This document shows, in pieces, positions 34,450-37,979 of a stretch of 37,979 bases of DNA. Numbering within the stretch: the stretch's first letter is position 1; each line of letters opens with the position of its first letter. The stretch lies in sequence record SRR22947725_2342. One strand, 5' to 3'. The notes under the pieces are model-generated. The model searched no databases. It saw nothing but the letters and a program-made list of their open reading frames with translations, and was not told the DNA's origin. The position numbers and the translations under genes were made by a program.

Positions 34450-35349
34450 ATGACAGAATATATTCCCATAGAGCCGCGGCGCTTGCCTGAGCCGATGGCC
34501 ATGTTGCTTTTGCTCAAGCCCATCACTTGGTTCCCGCCAATGTGGGCATTCTTATGTGGAATTGTCTCTTCTGGGGCCTCTGTCACGGGCCATTGGGTTT
34601 TGATAATTATGGGCCTTGTTCTTGCCGGTCCAATTGTCTGCGGCATGAGTCAGGCGGCAAATGATTGGTGTGATCGGCATGTCGACGCCATCAATGAGCC
34701 GGACCGCCCCATCCCCTCTGGGCGCATCCCGGGAAAATGGGGATTGTGGATCGCCTGGGCTATGTCGGCGCTGTCACTTTTGGTGGGGTATCAATTGGGA
34801 CCCTGGGGCTTCGCGGCGACCATCTTTGGCGTTCTAGCAGCTTGGGCCTATTCTGCGGAGCCACTACGGCTAAAAACCTCTGGCTGGTGGGGCCCGGGAT
34901 TGGTGGGGCTCTGCTATGAGGGATTGCCTTGGTTTACGGGGGCTGCGGTATTATCTGCCGGTGCGCCCGATTGGCGGATTATTCTTCTGGCGGGACTTTA
35001 TGCCTTGGGCGCGCATGGAATCATGACATTGAACGACTTTAAGGCGACCGAAGGGGACCGCCAATTGGGCATAAACTCATTGCCGGTGACACTCGGTTCA
35101 GACCGGGCCGCGCGGCTGGCCTGTTGGATCATGGGCGTGCCACAAGGGATCATTATCGCTCTGCTGATTTTCTGGGACCGGCCTGTTTTCGCCGGGATCA
35201 TTGCGGCGCTTCTGGCAGCGCAGTTTTGGGCGATGCGGGTCATGCTGACAGATCCGAAGGCGCGTGCGCCTTGGTATAACGCCACTGGCGTGTCGATGTA
35301 TGTCTCGGGCATGATGATCAGCGCCATCGCCTTGCGAGGTCTGCTATGA
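34450..35349 (+). CDS. bchG: Bacteriochlorophyll synthase
   Basis: KPITWFPPMWA, NDWCDRHVDAINEPDRPIPSGR, NDFKATEGDR (UbiA family). Confidence 0.97.
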   Translation: MTEYIPIEPRRLPEPMAMLLLLKPITWFPPMWAFLCGIVSSGASVTGHWVLIIMGLVLAGPIVCGMSQAANDWCDRHVDAINEPDRPIPSGRIPGKWGLWIAWAMSALSLLVGYQLGPWGFAATIFGVLAAWAYSAEPLRLKTSGWWGPGLVGLCYEGLPWFTGAAVLSAGAPDWRIILLAGLYALGAHGIMTLNDFKATEGDRQLGINSLPVTLGSDRAARLACWIMGVPQGIIIALLIFWDRPVFAGIIAALLAAQFWAMRVMLTDPKARAPWYNATGVSMYVSGMMISAIALRGLL

Positions 35350-36638
35350 ACTTATCTTGGAGCCAAATTTTTCGCTTGGGATTGGTGCAAATGGCCCTGG
35401 GGTCCATTGTTGTGCTGACCACCTCCACGCTCAACCGCCTCATGGTGGTTGAATTGTCTTTACCGGCGCTTTTGCCGGGTGCTTTGGTCGGGTTGCATTA
35501 TGGAATCCAACTGTCGCGTCCGCGCTGGGGGTTTCGGTCGGATGTAGGCGGCAATCGGACCCGTTGGATTATTGGCGGCATGATCGCCTTGGCATTGGGC
35601 GGCGTCGGTGCCACCTATGCTGTCACGTTATTTGCTGTGCACTATTGGCTCGCATTGACCGCCTCCATTGTGTCCTATGGGTTAATCGGCATAGGCGTTG
35701 GGGCTTCCGGTACATCGCTATTGGCTTTACTGGCCACGGCCACGGCTGCACATCGGCGTGCGGCGGCTGCCACGATCACTTGGTTGATGATGATCTTTGG
35801 CATTGCACTTACAGCAGGTGTGGCGGGGCAGTTCTTGGATCCTTATTCCCCAGAGCGGCTTATGACGGTCGTGATTACGATCGCCTTATTGGCCATTTTG
35901 TTGACGGTTCTAGCCATTTGGAACATCGAGCGTTCGGTCAGCTCACGCGCTTCGGAGCCGGACATCCCGTTTCAAGAGGCTCTGCGCGAGGTATGGGCGG
36001 AATCCAAAACGCGGAATTTTACAATTTTCGTCTTTCTATCAATGAATGCCTATTTCATGCAGGAGTTGATCCTTGAGCCTTATGCAGGTTTGGTTTTTGC
36101 CTTTACGCCGGGGCAATCGACCTCTCTCAGCGGCGCACAAAACGGCGGGGTTTTTGTTGGGATGCTCACCGTTGGCATTATGGCCACGGGTTTCAAAATT
36201 GGATCCCTGCGCAGATGGGTCATGAGCGGATGCTATGGGTCAGGCGCGGTTCTGTTGCTTATTTGTTTATCAGGGCTGATGTCGACTGCGCTGAATTTTA
36301 CCTATCTCGTCGTCGCCCTTGGGTTCTTTAACGGCATGTTCGCAGTATCGGCGATCAGCGCCATGATGGCGCTTGCGTCAAGCTCAGAGGGCCGTGGTCA
36401 ACGTGAGGGCACCCGCATGGGGCTCTGGGGCGCGGCACAGGCCATTGCCGCCGGTTTCGGCGGCCTTACGGGCGCAGTTTTGGTTGATATGACCCGCAGC
36501 TTTCTGGCGGATGGTCCCGCCTTTGGCGCAGTTTTCATATTCGAAGCCGCGCTGTTTTTTGCCGCCGCCCTCATGGCGATGCGGGTCATTGAGCACAGGG
36601 CGCAGCCGGTGCCCGCCAATTTAGTCGCAGGAGAATAA
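35346..36638 (+). CDS. BCD-family (PucC-like) MFS chlorophyll-delivery transporter
   Basis: RLGLVQ, TLNRLMVVEL, QELILEPYAG, GTRMGLWGAAQA; lies between bchG and bchP. Confidence 0.92.
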   Translation: MNLSWSQIFRLGLVQMALGSIVVLTTSTLNRLMVVELSLPALLPGALVGLHYGIQLSRPRWGFRSDVGGNRTRWIIGGMIALALGGVGATYAVTLFAVHYWLALTASIVSYGLIGIGVGASGTSLLALLATATAAHRRAAAATITWLMMIFGIALTAGVAGQFLDPYSPERLMTVVITIALLAILLTVLAIWNIERSVSSRASEPDIPFQEALREVWAESKTRNFTIFVFLSMNAYFMQELILEPYAGLVFAFTPGQSTSLSGAQNGGVFVGMLTVGIMATGFKIGSLRRWVMSGCYGSGAVLLLICLSGLMSTALNFTYLVVALGFFNGMFAVSAISAMMALASSSEGRGQREGTRMGLWGAAQAIAAGFGGLTGAVLVDMTRSFLADGPAFGAVFIFEAALFFAAALMAMRVIEHRAQPVPANLVAGE

Positions 36639-36640
36639 CT

Positions 36641-37819
36641 ATGTTTGATGTTGTTGTAATCGGTGGAGGCCCTTCAGGGGCGACGGCGGCTGAAGATTTG
36701 GCACGTTCAGGCCATCATGTTGCCCTGCTGGACCGTGAAGGTCGCATTAAACCCTGTGGCGGCGCAATACCACCGCGCCTTATTGAGGACTTCGCAATTC
36801 CCAGCTCGCAAATTGTTGCACGGATCAATACCGCGCGGATGATCTCTCCAACGCAGCGCAAGGTTGATATTCCTATTGAGAATGGCTTTGTGGGCATGGT
36901 TGATCGCGAACACTTTGACCCGTTTTTGCGCCGCCGGGCGCAAGGGGCCGGGGCCACTTGGTTGACGGGAACCTTTTTGCGTATTGAGCGGGATGCCGAC
37001 CATCCGACTGTGATCTACCGCGACAAGGACAGTGGTGAGGAGCGGCGCTTGGCGTGCAAAGTCATCATTGGTGCCGATGGCGCACGCTCAAAGGTGGCCA
37101 AATCAGAAGTCCCAAATGGCGATAAAATCCCCTATGTGATCGCCTATCATGAGATTATTGAAGCCCCGCTGGAGGGTATGAGTTACGATCCGAAGCGATG
37201 CGACGTTATTTATGACGGGGCCATATCGCCAGATTTTTACGGATGGGTGTTTCCGCATGGAAAATCTGCCAGTGTTGGAATGGGCACCGGTATTGAGGGT
37301 GTCGATTTGAAAAAGGCGACAGCCGAGCTGCGTGCCGCCCACGGTTTGAGCGATTGCAAGACCATTCGGCGCGAGGGTGCGCCGATCCCCTTGCGTCCCC
37401 TGGATTGTTGGGACAATGGCACCGATGTGGTTTTGGCTGGGGATGCGGCGGGGGTGGTTGCTCCGTCTTCCGGTGAGGGTATCTACTACGCGATGGTCGG
37501 CGGTCGGGTGGCCGCCACGGCGGCCAGCGCCTTTTTGACCACCGGGCGCGCGAAAGACCTACAATTGGCGCGCAAGCTGTTTATGCGGGAACATAAAAGC
37601 GTCTTCAAAGTCCTAGGTGCGATGCAAAACGCCTATTATCGCAGTGATGAGCGCCGCGAGCGCTTTGTGTCTCTTTGCCATGATATCGATGTGCAAAAAC
37701 TGACATTTGAAGCCTATATGAACAAACGCTTGGTTGCGGCCCGACCTATGGCGCATCTGAAGATTGGTTTGAAAAATCTGGCGCATTTGACCCGGCTTAT
37801 TTCAGAAGATCGTGTCTGA
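36641..37819 (+). CDS. bchP: Geranylgeranyl reductase
   Basis: GGGPSG FAD motif, IKPCGGAIP, SPDFYGWVFPH, GDAAG...SGEGIYYA. Confidence 0.97.
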   Translation: MFDVVVIGGGPSGATAAEDLARSGHHVALLDREGRIKPCGGAIPPRLIEDFAIPSSQIVARINTARMISPTQRKVDIPIENGFVGMVDREHFDPFLRRRAQGAGATWLTGTFLRIERDADHPTVIYRDKDSGEERRLACKVIIGADGARSKVAKSEVPNGDKIPYVIAYHEIIEAPLEGMSYDPKRCDVIYDGAISPDFYGWVFPHGKSASVGMGTGIEGVDLKKATAELRAAHGLSDCKTIRREGAPIPLRPLDCWDNGTDVVLAGDAAGVVAPSSGEGIYYAMVGGRVAATAASAFLTTGRAKDLQLARKLFMREHKSVFKVLGAMQNAYYRSDERRERFVSLCHDIDVQKLTFEAYMNKRLVAARPMAHLKIGLKNLAHLTRLISEDRV

Positions 37820-37979
37820 TGACGATCATGATTCCGGCATGGCAAGATGGTGCGCTGCAACCCGTTGAAAAACTGATGGCGCATCAACTGGGCCTTAAAC
37901 ATCGGGCGGTGTCTATTTTTGTGATGGCGGAGGATCACATTTTGATCCAGCAGCGTGCCTTGAGCAAATATCACACGCC
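37819..37979 (+). CDS. idi: Isopentenyl-diphosphate delta-isomerase type 1, N-terminal part; runs off the window end
   Basis: Not in the ORF track. TGATG coupling to bchP; translates MTIMIPAWQDGALQPVEKLMAHQLGLKHRAVSIFVMAEDHILIQQRALSKYHT, with the K..AH..G..HRA.S.F motif of IDI-1. Confidence 0.9.
   Translation, partial: MTIMIPAWQDGALQPVEKLMAHQLGLKHRAVSIFVMAEDHILIQQRALSKYHT

Overview
Chromosomal window from a marine Rhodobacteraceae/Roseobacter-type aerobic anoxygenic phototroph (inferred from gene content; the strain cannot be identified without a search). The left part holds the 3' end of dnaK, dnaJ, a PBP-like/OmpA fusion, an APH/kinase-fold protein with altered catalytic motifs, an amidase, and a sulfane-sulfur cassette (two YeeE/YedE-type membrane proteins, persulfide dioxygenase, DUF442 sulfurtransferase, SulP). 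From about 10.6 kb to the end is part of a rearranged photosynthesis gene cluster: tspO, a regulatory block, bchFNBHLM-lhaA-puhABC-orf-acsF-puhE-hemA, bciA-hemC divergent from hemE, and cycA divergent from bchG-BCD transporter-bchP-idi (truncated). PpsR boxes (TGT-N12-ACA) lie at all three divergent promoter regions. The most interesting part is 10.6-15.3 kb. ppsR is flanked by two B12-binding AerR/PpaA-like genes. The extra one is preceded by an orphan FixJ-type regulator with Glu at the phosphoacceptor position, a FixJ-box-like repeat and a long hairpin-rich leader. This could be an extra signalling input into photosynthesis gene control, but that is inference. No rRNA, tRNA, CRISPR array or mobile element was recognised.
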